Of a DNA stretch of 62,000 nt, positions 48,210 to 59,330 are shown piece by piece. The stretch lies in NCBI GenBank assembly GCA_013239625.1, contig MU053431.1, positions 620,001 to 682,000 on the forward strand. The letters are read 5' to 3'. Every line of letters begins with the position of its first letter. Position 1 is the stretch's first letter. The DNA is from Lama guanicoe (Eukaryota). The position numbers and the translations under genes were made by a program. The notes beneath the pieces are model-generated. The model had not been told where the DNA came from, searched no databases, and was given only the letters and a program-made list of their open reading frames with translations.

Positions 48210-50085
48210 GCCAGGAGACGTCCCTTTCTTACAACCAAGCGAACGCTGAATAGCCAAGGTCAGAAAGAGACTCATTTTTAAAGTAATCGGCAAGAACCCA
48301 CGTTGGAACACATCGGGAATATTCCAGAAGCTACTGGAATACAATGGGGTTTTCTAAACACCACACCATCCGATTCAGACGTGGGAGAAGTGACACAAAA
48401 TGGAGTCGAAATAAAAATCTCCGCTGTGTCCCGAGCCCAGGGCCGGCCGCGGAGCCTAATTACCCGCGGAAGCTAACTGCTCCCATTTGCGCCAGCTGCT
48501 AGAACTCTCCACACAGGGCTTGGAAATGAGACGGATCAGAGAGAGGCAGGCCAGAGCCGGGAGCCCAGGAAAGCAGGACCCGCTCACAGGAGCAGGGCAC
48601 AGGCGAGGAAGCTTTCAAAGTAGCTTCTCTTTGAGCTGCTCCGAACCGGCTGGCTGGAGCGACAGGGCTGCTTCCTCTGAAGGTGCCCGGGACGACTCGG
48701 AAATCTCGTTGAAAGTGGCAGGAGGGAACAGGCCCTGGATGACACGGTGCACACACACACTTTGATCTCCATCAAGCGCTCTGCCAGGAGAGTCCTGGTG
48801 TCAGCGCCTGCGATGCCGACGCCAGGGAAGACAACCCGCTTCAGGAGGGGCAGCCCTCCCGCCTCCCCTCCGCCCCGCGGACGCTGCAGAGGGCCGATGT
48901 CAGCAGGGCCACGTCTGCACATCAGCAGGCTCCCGGGGGCAAGTGTTCATCCCCGAGGGATGCCTTGAATGGTGACAGCTCCTCTTAGAGAGCGGAGCTG
49001 GCTTCCCTGCCTGATGCCTGCTGGCTCCTCTGCTTGGTTCCACGTCTGCTGGAGATGGCACTCTGTCCGGGGAGGAGCTGAGCTCACCAGGGTTTGGAAC
49101 CTCGGAGGCTGACGGGTACATGATGGAGGGTAAGAGGGAATGGGTGTCGCCTGCAGCACAGAACCCCCGAAGTCAGCACTGACTCTCGCCCCCCCCACCT
49201 CCAGCGTGTCCGCTAGCCTGGCCAGCATTACCTGTGATGTACGCGGGGAGTCCGAACATGTTTCCACTGTCACTGCCTGGGTCTGGGCCCCCCGGCACCC
49301 TTGGCCGGGCCAAGAGCAGGCAGGGACGCAGTGGACTTTCATGGGCCCTAATCAGTCAGTTCTGCCTTTACGGCCCAGTCTTCCATTGCAGACAACTGCC
49401 CATCCACCTGTTATTTACGTGTCTACCTACTACGTGCCCGTCTGTCGCTGACGCCTGAACAGCGCAGGTCCTTTTACACTGAGGCTTTTCTCAATAAACA
49501 CATCTATCACTACGGGATCCACAGTTGGTTGGATCCACAGGTGGGGAGCGTCAGATGCAGAGGGGAGTCTATGGGACACGAGTGTCCTGGATTTGGGTGC
49601 CTGTGGTGGATCTTGGAACCAAAGCCCGAGGATGGATACCCAGGGGCCACTGTATGTCTGTCTATCTATTTGTATCATCTGTATAACAGTGGTCAAAAAT
49701 GTCACATGTAAAATGTATGTAAAACATTTTAGTGGCTGTGTGTTCTATACGATACACATCAGGGCATATATGTATGTAAAATTTGTAATGGCTGTGTTGG
49801 TATAAAGGCAACCCATGCTGGATGGTGCTTCTTCTGGTTTTAAAGGAGACTGAACTGTGACTGTGTCCCGTAAGCCCAGCGAGCCTGGGGACCACCGGCC
49901 CCAAAGGAGAAGCCAGCCCTGCGGCTGGGCCGCCCGCCTGGCCCTGGCCCTGCCGCACGGCCCTGCAGAGTGCGCTCTCCATCCGAAGGCACGTGAAAGT
50001 CCCTTGCTCCAGGACGTTATCTCTCTGCTGACACCACACCCGTGGCTCCCAGAGGGCCCTGTACTGACCCAAGGTCTTTGCCGCA
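48210..50085 (+). repeat. 1876-bp segment duplicated across the gap (copy 1)
   Basis: Matches 50584-52474 at offset 2374 (2389 after a 15-bp indel); ends exactly at the gap. Confidence 0.95.
49445..49655 (+). mobile_element. TcMar-Tigger element (Tigger2/MER2-like), copy 1
   Basis: 'gctgacgcctgaacagcg...caggtcc...tcaataaa...gttggttggatccacagg...ggaaccaaagccc...ggatacccaggggccactgta'. Confidence 0.65.
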
Positions 50086-50583
50086 NNNNNNNNNNNNNNN
50101 NNNNNNNNNNNNNNNNNNNNNNNNNNNNNNNNNNNNNNNNNNNNNNNNNNNNNNNNNNNNNNNNNNNNNNNNNNNNNNNNNNNNNNNNNNNNNNNNNNNN
50201 NNNNNNNNNNNNNNNNNNNNNNNNNNNNNNNNNNNNNNNNNNNNNNNNNNNNNNNNNNNNNNNNNNNNNNNNNNNNNNNNNNNNNNNNNNNNNNNNNNNN
50301 NNNNNNNNNNNNNNNNNNNNNNNNNNNNNNNNNNNNNNNNNNNNNNNNNNNNNNNNNNNNNNNNNNNNNNNNNNNNNNNNNNNNNNNNNNNNNNNNNNNN
50401 NNNNNNNNNNNNNNNNNNNNNNNNNNNNNNNNNNNNNNNNNNNNNNNNNNNNNNNNNNNNNNNNNNNNNNNNNNNNNNNNNNNNNNNNNNNNNNNNNNNN
50501 NNNNNNNNNNNNNNNNNNNNNNNNNNNNNNNNNNNNNNNNNNNNNNNNNNNNNNNNNNNNNNNNNNNNNNNNNNNNNNNNNNN
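50086..50583. other. Assembly gap (498 N)
   Basis: Run of n characters. Confidence 1.
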
Positions 50584-52474
50584 GCCAGGAGACGTCCCTT
50601 TCTTACAACCAAGCGAATGCTGAATAGCCAAGGTCAGAAAGAGACTCATTTTTAAAGTAATCGGCAAGAACCCACGTTGGAACACATCGGGAATATTCCA
50701 GAAGCTACTGGAATACAATGGGGTTTTCTAAACACCACACCATCCGATTCAGACGTGGGAGAAGTGACACAAAATGGAGTCGAAATAAAAATCTCCGCTG
50801 TGTCCCGAGCCCAGGGCCGGCCGCGGAGCCTAATTACCCGCGGAAGCTAACTGCTCCCATTTGCGCCAGCTGCTAGAACTCTCCACACAGGGCTTGGAAA
50901 TGAGACGGATCAGAGAGAGGCAGGCCAGAGCCGGGAGCCCAGGAAAGCAGGACCCGCTCACAGGAGCAGGGCACAGGCGAGGAAGCTTTCAAAGTAGCTT
51001 CTCTTTGAGCTGCTCCGAACCGGCTGGCTGGAGCGACAGGGCTGCTTCCTCTGAAGGTGCCCGGGACGACTCGGAAATCTCGTTGAAAGTGGCAGGAGGG
51101 AACAGGCCCTGGATGACACGGTGCACACACACACTTTGATCTCCATCAAGCGCTCTGCCAGGAGAGTCCTGGTGTCAGCGCCTGCGATGCCGACGCCAGG
51201 GAAGACAACCCGCTTCAGGAGGGGCAGCCCTCCCGCCTCCCCTCCGCCCCGCGGACGCTGCAGAGGGCCGATGTCAGCAGGGCCACGTCTGCACATCAGC
51301 AGGCTCCCGGGGGCAAGTGTTCATCCCCGAGGGATGCCTTGAATGGTGACAGCTCCTCTTAGAGAGCGGAGCTGGCTTCCCTGCCTGATGCCTGCTGGCT
51401 CCTCTGCTTGGTTCCACGTCTGCTGGAGATGGCACTCTGTCCGGGGAGGAGCTGAGCTCACCAGGGTTTGGAACCTCGGAGGCTGACGGGTACATGATGG
51501 AGGGTAAGAGGGAATGGGTGTCGCCTGCAGCACAGAACCCCCGAAGTCAGCACTGACTCTCGCCCCCCCCACCTCCAGCGTGTCCGCTAGCCTGGCCAGC
51601 ATTACCTGTGATGTACGCGGGGAGTCCGAACATGTTTCCACTGTCACTGCCTGGGTCTGGGCCCCCCGGCACCCTTGGCCGGGCCAAGAGCAGGCAGGGA
51701 CGCAGTGGACTTTCATGGGCCCTAATCAGTCAGTTCTGCCTTTACGGCCCAGTCTTCCATTGCAGACAACTGCCCATCCACCTGTCATTTACGTGTCTAC
51801 CTACTACGTGCCCGTCTGTCGCTGACGCCTGAACAGCGTGGGCCTGAACTGCGCAGGTCCTTTTACACTGAGGCTTTTTTCAATAAACACATTTATTACT
51901 ACGGGATCCACAGTTGGTTGGATCCACAGGTGGGGAGCGTCAGATGCAGAGGGGAATCTATGGGACACGAGTGTCCTGGATTTGGGTGCCTGTGGTGGAT
52001 CTTGGAACCAAAGCCCGAGGATGGATACCCAGGGGCCACTGTATGTCTGTCTATCTATTTGTATCATCTGTATAACAGTGGTCAAAAATGTCACATGTAA
52101 AATGTATGTAAAACATTTTAGTGGCTGTGTGTTCTATACGATACACATCAGGGCATATATGTATGTAAAATTTGTAATGGCTGTGTTGGTATAAAGGCAA
52201 CCCATGCTGGATGGTGCTCCTTCTGGTTTTAAAGGAGACTGAACTGTGACTGTGTCCCGTAAGCCCAGCGAGCCTGGGGACCACCGGCCCCAAAGGAGAA
52301 GCCAGCCCTGCAGCTGGGCCGCCCGCCTGGCCCTGGCCCTGCCGCACGGCCCTGCAGAGTGCACTCTCCATCCGAAGGCACGTGAAAGTCCCTTGCTCCA
52401 GGACGTTATCTCTCTGCTGACACCACACCCGTGGCTCCCAGAGGGCCCTGTACTGACCCAAGGTCTTTGCCGCA
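50584..52474 (+). repeat. 1891-bp segment duplicated across the gap (copy 2)
   Basis: Begins exactly at the gap end and matches 48210-50085. Confidence 0.95.
51819..52044 (+). mobile_element. TcMar-Tigger element (Tigger2/MER2-like), copy 2
   Basis: As copy 1, but retains the consensus-like 'tgggcctgaactgcgcaggtcc'. Confidence 0.7.
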
Positions 52475-52479
52475 CCCTG

Positions 52480-52775
52480 CAGGGCCCACAGGGTCTGATC
52501 CCATGACTGGCCTCCCTCCCCTGAAGCTCTGAGCCAGCCACACTCGCCTCCTTGCTGCTTCCAGCCTCTCACCCCAGGGCCTTTGCACAGGCCACTCTCT
52601 GACTGGAAAGCTCTTCCCACTCGCTGCAGCCACGGGTCTGCTCAGAGGCACTATTCAGAGAGCGACTCCTGGACATCGATCCAGGAGCTTAGGGTCCGAG
52701 TATCCCAAGTGCCTGGCATGTCGGTAGAATCTTGGAAGTTACTTGCCAACACGAATTTTAAGGAAATGAATGCAC
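52480..52775 (+). mobile_element. L2 fragment
   Basis: 'ccagggcctttgcacaggccactctctgactggaaagctcttccc' and 3' 'gtgcctggcatgtcggtag...gaaatgaatg'. Confidence 0.65.
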
Positions 52776-55700
52776 ACCATTAGTGGCTGGGACGATGATA
52801 AGTGGATCAAGGACTTGCGAGCAAGAATTACTTTTAATGTGCACGTAACCCATGGACGAGTCTTTGGCAAGAGTCCAGCCCCCTTTGAAGGCCTGGGTGC
52901 TGACCCTCCAAGTGGTGAGTTTACAGTTCTGTGTGGAAAAGGACAGAACTAACCACTCAGGGCAGCCTCGGCCGGCACGGTGCCAGCGGGACAGGCGCCA
53001 CAGAGCCCGAGAGGCCTCTGGAGAGACCCGTCTTGGCCCAAAATACAGGCTGGCTGAGTCTCACCTGAGGGTGTCCACTTATGATTGGCTATTTCTGTGG
53101 CTCATTTTTGGCCCAAGGACAGCAAAAAATGGTCCCACCAGCCTTCATCCTTCAGCAGTAGTGAAGAGGCCTCGTGAGTTCTCTGAATCCCTTCTTTCAA
53201 AAAGCATCTTCCAGGTAACGCTGAAGGAGACCGAGCAGGTCAAGGCCCCTGATGGCCAGTTCGCTGCTGGGCTTGGCTAGGTTTGGGGTCTGCCCTGTCC
53301 GCAGGCCGCCGTGGAGTCCGGAGGCAGGACTTCCCGGCCGTTTCTGGTGGCCGAGACTGAAATGGCACAAGAGCCCCTACAAGGAGAGGCCCGCCCACCC
53401 TTCCACGCCGCCTTTGTGCAGCAAAATAGCCCCACGTTGTGCTGCTGTGAGGTGAGCGAGGGGGCGCCTCCTCTGGTCATTTATTTATTTTCACCTTCGT
53501 GGCCCCCCCACAACCCCCACCCCCGTCCTGAACATCACACCTGCCCCCCGCCCCAGCCGGAGATGCTGACCTGGCGCCAGCCGGGCTGGGGCTACAGCAG
53601 GGGCCGCTGGCTGGGAGCTCTCCGCGTCCGTCACTGCCGCATTCTCAGCGCTGAAGACCTGATTGTTGCTTGGTAACAATTTTCACGGCTGCATGGAAAG
53701 GAGGGATCTGAAAAGAGGATTGCCTAAAACCTGACAGCAATTACAGGCGAAGGCCGTCCACGGCTCTCACTTCAGAAAGCAATACACACGTGGGTCTTCC
53801 CATTCAGTCAGGGTTTTATTATTATTTAAACAGCCTTCCCACTCTACCTGAAGCCGGCTCAGTGTCAACACTCATTCCACACCCCTCACTTCTGAGCCTC
53901 TTCAGTCACTGAAGAGAGAAGGTTCCTTCTAACCGGCTTTTGCCTTCCTCTTGGCTTCAAAGTCTGCGGTGAGTGGGAAGGCGGCGTCCCACACCCAGGT
54001 CGCAGCCCCAGAGGAGGCGTGGCCGGGAGCCCCGCACTCGCCCACAAGCATCGCAGGCTCCCACCCAGCTGCTGACGAACTGGCTCCTGCACGGACGTCC
54101 TGGGCTGAACTGTGACTCCTTAAGAGCAAAACAATATGGGAGCTAGTTTTTCTCTCCAGGAAGCCCAAGGAGGTCCTGGGCCCATCAAGAAATGCCAACG
54201 CACACCTCCCGTTTCACGGCCGGCCTCATGCGCGGAGGTGGGTCATAATTTTGGTTCTTTTCAACCTGTGAAAGGGGAGGTTTTGACACTCATCAAGCTG
54301 GCAGAAAGCCTCGGGCATGCCCAGTTTGTTATGAAAAATTCCCCACCCCATTCCCATTTTTATTTTTCATTCAATTAAACTGAGCTCATTAAGGCTATAA
54401 TAGAATTAGGCAGACGCCCGAGTCTCTCGCAGAGCGGGTGGTCCGTGGGCTGTGGTTTGCACGAGGTGCCTCGTGCTGCAGGAGCCTGTCTGCATCTTGG
54501 CTTATTCAGCAGGATGCCGTTCCACCCCGATCCACGCCGCAGGGCGGAGTCAGGGCTGTTCATATCAACGGCTGTCTGGTGGTCCAGACTCGGCCGCCTC
54601 CCCGAATGATGAGAATTTGGTTTTCCCCACTGTTGCCCTCTGACTAACAAAGCAGCAGTGGGCAGCCGTAGACGCTCTCCAGGCGGACAGGTTACCTCTA
54701 GAGCAGGCACCGGGTGTGGAGTCGCCGGGTAGAGACCTGGGTTTCTCCTGTGTTCTTCCGTATCCTCAGATTGCAAACTGCTCTCCACGGGGTGGACGCC
54801 CACCTGCTGTCTGACTTCCACCCTTTTCACATCCTTGTCATCACATTGAGACTTTTTTCTTTCACCGTTTTTTTTTTTTTTTTTGCTTTTTGCAAATCTG
54901 ATTGGTATAAAATGGGGTCCACTTCTGTTTATACTGTATTTCCGTAAATTTTGGTGCAGTCGGTGTCCTTCTGTTTGCGGATCATTAAAGCAGATGAGAT
55001 CAACCCTGGCATGTGGGCCCTCCTACCCGCCCCCCTCAAACCCCCAAAGATGCATTTGCCGCTGGGCCAGTGCGTCTGGCGTCTGCTCCGGCTTCTTCCC
55101 TCCCCAACAGTGTATTTGAAGATGATAAAAGAATCTCCACGGACGCACACTCTACATATTCATCTCCGTGTTTGATGCCAGGGTAATTTACCAGGATACA
55201 AGTCTGAAAAATTGAGAAAATCCATTCCTGCCAGCTGCTTCACTTCAGATTTGGTTCCCTGCTCTTTCATCCCGTGAAAAGAAAAGTAACAGGCCAGCAG
55301 AGTTTTTAAAAAAAGGGAAAGAAAAAAGGCAAGCAAGCAAGAAAAAAATGAACAAAAGAAGGTAAAAAGGCAAGAAGCAGCCCCTCTCCCGAGCACGGTG
55401 CTGCCGCAGTGACCGTCCAGTGCTGGGCAAGCGCAGCGCCCGCCTCGCCTCCCGGAAGGAAGGCCGCCCCCCTCAGGTCCTGGGTGTGACGCAGGGAAAT
55501 GGCGCTGACTAACAGCAGCGACATCCGGCACTGATGGAGGCCTCCCTCCCTGCTAAGACCTGGTGTGCACAGGCAGTAACAACAGCACAGCGGTAACAGT
55601 GACTCAGACCTGGTGCGCAGCCCCTCCTTCCCGCCAGCCCTGTGCCCCAGCGAGTCCCTGCACCACCTGACTCGTTCTCCCACTGCCCTTGGGCTGAGGG

Positions 55701-56800
55701 GAGCAGAGACGAGGAAGACTCACCGAGTTTAAACAACTGGCCAAAGGCCACACCGCAGTGACGCCCAGAGATGACATTCAAGTCCCCGCTTCTCTGTGCA
55801 CAGCGGGGCTGCAGTGGCCGGGGCAGAAGGCTCAGTGCCCTGATGTCTCACCGGCCACCAAGGCAGCCGTGCTCCCACCTCCCCGAGGCCTGTGGTGCTG
55901 CTCCCAGGAAAGACAGGCCCAGCCCCCGGCTCGTCCCCCATCATTTCCCTCTCTTACTCCACGAAGAACCTGGAACTTCCAGCCAGTGAAGAAATGAGAG
56001 CTAATATGGAGACTGCCCGCGGCGTCGTGGTGGGCACTGCAGGCTGCATGGGCACCGAGGTCCTCACCGATGTGACCCCATCTGTCCCTCAGGACAAGGG
56101 AGTCGACACCCACAGCCCACAAGGACCTTCCTTCTCTGTGCTCCCCAGAGTGAATGACAAGGAGACCCCTGATTTAATGAAATGTTTCAGCAAGAGGATA
56201 AATTAACTTCCTCTCCGACTTGTCCAAACTGTTTATCGTAAACAATTCGGTCACTGGGAACCAACTCCAGCAGCTGGGTGGGAGCTCATGGCCTCCGCGT
56301 CCAGGAAAGTGCCGGGAAAAGGTCCCCGGAGCCCCTTCCAGGGGCATTCCCGCCTCTCCTTTTCTTATTTTGAAAGGAAAATGTTTCTCCCAGCAAGCTG
56401 GTAATGCCAGTTAAAACACAATGATTCTTGTGTTTGAGGGTCCAGATTTCCCCCAGTTTGCATGCACAAAGTGCTCCCACGGCATCTAGCCATCGCCCAT
56501 GGCCCTCCAGGACGTCTGAGAAGGACGTGAAGCCACCATCCGGCCGCGAAGAGACTGGGCTGGGAGCAGGAGTTCTATTGTGATCGCAGGAACCCCTCGG
56601 GCAGCAGACACTAGAAGCCCGGGGACAGTCAAAGAGAGATTCAAGAAGCCAGAAGCTGGTCTTTGGAAAGTTCTCCCAAATCTCATGATTCACAGATGAA
56701 GTAAATTTGACAAAAGATTTCTTAAATTTGAGAAAGAACCAAAATTTATAGATGCCATTAATAAGAATATTGTGTGATGTGAAATGAAACATCCTAATTA

Positions 56801-57327
56801 AAAATTTTTTTTTGTTGAAGTGTAGCTGATTTATAATGTTAGTTTCAGGTGTACAGCAAAGTGATTCAGTTATACAGACACATACATGTATATTTTTCTC
56901 TGAGTCTTTTCCATTACGTTATTACAAGAAACTGAATGTAGTTCCCTGTGCTCTACCCTAGGTCCTTGTTGTTTATCTATTTTATATATAGTAGTGTGTG
57001 TCTGTTAATCCCCAACCCCTAATTTATCCCTCCTCCGCCCTTTCTCCTTATTAACCATGGTTTGTTTTCTATGTCTGTGAGTCTGTTTGGGTTAGTAAAT
57101 AGGATTTGTATCGTTTTTTTAGATTCCACATATAAGTGATATCATATGATATTTGTCCTTCTCTGTCTGATTACTTCACTTAATACAATAATTTCTAGGT
57201 CCACCCATGTTGTTGTTGTAAATGGCATTATTTTATTCTTTTTTGTGGCTGAGTAGTATTCCATTGTATTGATATACCACAACTTCTTTATCCAGTGATG
57301 TGTTGATGGACATTGAAGTTTCTTCCA
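56801..57327 (-). mobile_element. 5'-truncated lineage-specific L1 with target-site duplication
   Basis: Antisense L1 3' end 'ttttgttgaagtgtagctgatttataatg...tagattccacatataagtgatatc'. TSD: gaaacatcctaatta (56786-56800) / gaaacttcctaatta (57328-57342), 14/15 identical. Confidence 0.92.
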
Positions 57328-59049
57328 GAAACTTCCTAATTATTAATAACAAGATATCCACTTTTGATCAGTGATGGTCAAGTCTGAATTACCTTCAGCA
57401 AATCATTCCACCTCCCCACCTCTCAAGATGACCATCTTCACCCACGATGGTAACTCACATGGTGCCCAGCCATGGGAGGGCTCTGTAAGCTGAGAGGTCC
57501 TGTATCAGCCGTGGCTAGTACTATTCTCATCGTACCATCAACAACCTAAAATAACACTCCGTAACTTTCCGTTTCTGGAACATATAATTACCCAGCTGAC
57601 CGTGGGGATTACTTAACTCAGCGTGAGCTGCACATGCAGTTGTGAGTCGGAGGTACTCTTAAATGATGATTTATTCACTGAGGAAGTTCTGTCTTTATTC
57701 CCCCTTTCCTGGTTTTCAGCCAGTGGATTCCCCCTCCCGGCTCTGCTCCACTAAGTCCACTTCTCCCCCAGAGCTGCACTCTCTCCCCGCTGGTGCCCTG
57801 CAGCTGCGATGCTCTCTGGGTTCCAGCCAATCACACAGCCTTGCAGGCTGAGGTCACCCGGACCAGCTGCCAGCCACGGAGACCTCGTCCCCGCCTTCTC
57901 CAGCCAACCTCCCCGAACACAAGCGGGGCAAGTCTCCCTCATCAGGGGCCCGTCCGTCCGTCCCCATGAGAGTTTCCCCTAAGCCGAGCCCAGACCTCGA
58001 ACACCATCCCTCTTGTGGTTTTATCTGTCTCTCCTCCCTTTACAGGGCAACCCTCTTCTCTGTTTCAGAGAATTAATTATCTGAAATTGCTAGAAATAGC
58101 CTCAAATCTCACGGCAGTTACCCCTACCTATTAGTGAGAAAGTGGCTGCCGCCTCTCTCTGTGGAATTATTTGTACTAAGAGGTCAAGGATGGCAAGAGA
58201 AATAAAAAGCCATTTGCTATACTGCCATTAGTACACTTCATAGAAAATTATATAATTTTTCAAGTGTTCCTGGGGATTCACTTCAGCTGCCAAATCTTAC
58301 GAGCGAAGGATGACAACAGAAAACTGCAGGTGGTCTCTGTTTGGGTTCTGTTTCTATAGTAATAAGAAAAATTATTAGTAAAGGAAGAAAGTTGTACTGG
58401 AGGTTTCAATCAATAAATAACCTAATTCTTTTCCTTTTTAAAATAAATGCTCACCATGCAGATTTAAAGAAGAGAGAAACAAGAAAAGGACGTCTCATGG
58501 TCTCTCTCTCTCTTTTTCGGCTTATCTTGCAGGTGAGATATCACCCTCGATTTAATTAAAGTCAGAGGAAGAACTGGCTTCGGGGCTGCATTTCTAGCAG
58601 GGATCCCAGATGCCAAGGAGCCTGTGAATTTCTCTAACGAAAGGAGGGTAAAGGTCACCGTGCGTTTTGCAGACAAGTGTCCCCCTCCACCACCACCCCC
58701 GCCCTCACCAGCTTGTAAGTCCTGTGAAAAGCTTAGCACGTAACGCACGGCCGTAAAGGAAGAGAAAACAGTGCAGCCTCTTCAGTGACAGCTGTCAGCT
58801 CCTGCTCCGACAAAGACCCCCGACCCCGGCCCCCGCACCAGCGCTTCCTGCGATGGTCTGCTTGGCTGAGCCATGACGTGAGCTCCTGTGCCTTCCTTCC
58901 TCTGTATCTGCTGCAGCGTCGCCGTGCCCAGAGCTCCAGGCTGGGGACAGCGGTCAGTATGGCAGGAAGATGCCTGGTGCCCTCAGGCGCTCACCCGTCC
59001 AGTGAGCTCAGAGCAGGGCCCGCAGCAGCACGGCCAGGGTCCCTGCCTT

Positions 59050-59330
59050 TGTCAGGGTCCCCAGAAGCAGAGCCAGAGGCAAGGGTTCAAGTGCGAGAAG
59101 TTTGTTGGGAGGGGGCCCCAGGAAACCGCAGCAGGAAGAAAATGAACCAACTGCCACCGTGGGACATGGAATTAGTCCCCGTGGGGACCTTGGGATCCAG
59201 CAAAGAGCGTGCACCTTGGCGTCATCCCCACCAAGGCAGTGGGAGCTGGAATGTTTCTACGCGGTCTCCCAGGAGGGACTAATCGGCACCTGGGCAGCTC
59301 TGGGTGTCTGGCCCTTGGCCTGCTGGGCAC
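59050..59330 (-). mobile_element. ERVL LTR fragment (LTR33-like)
   Basis: 'cccagaagcagagccagaggcaagggttcaagtgcgagaagtttgttgggagg...ccaggaaac'. Confidence 0.55.

Noticed and set aside
49662..50718. Longest ORFs (193-316 aa)
   Set aside because: They are open only because they run through the N gap.
48210..52474. Genuine tandem segmental duplication
   Set aside because: Both copies terminate exactly at the gap edges and differ at allelic levels, so an assembly artefact is more likely.
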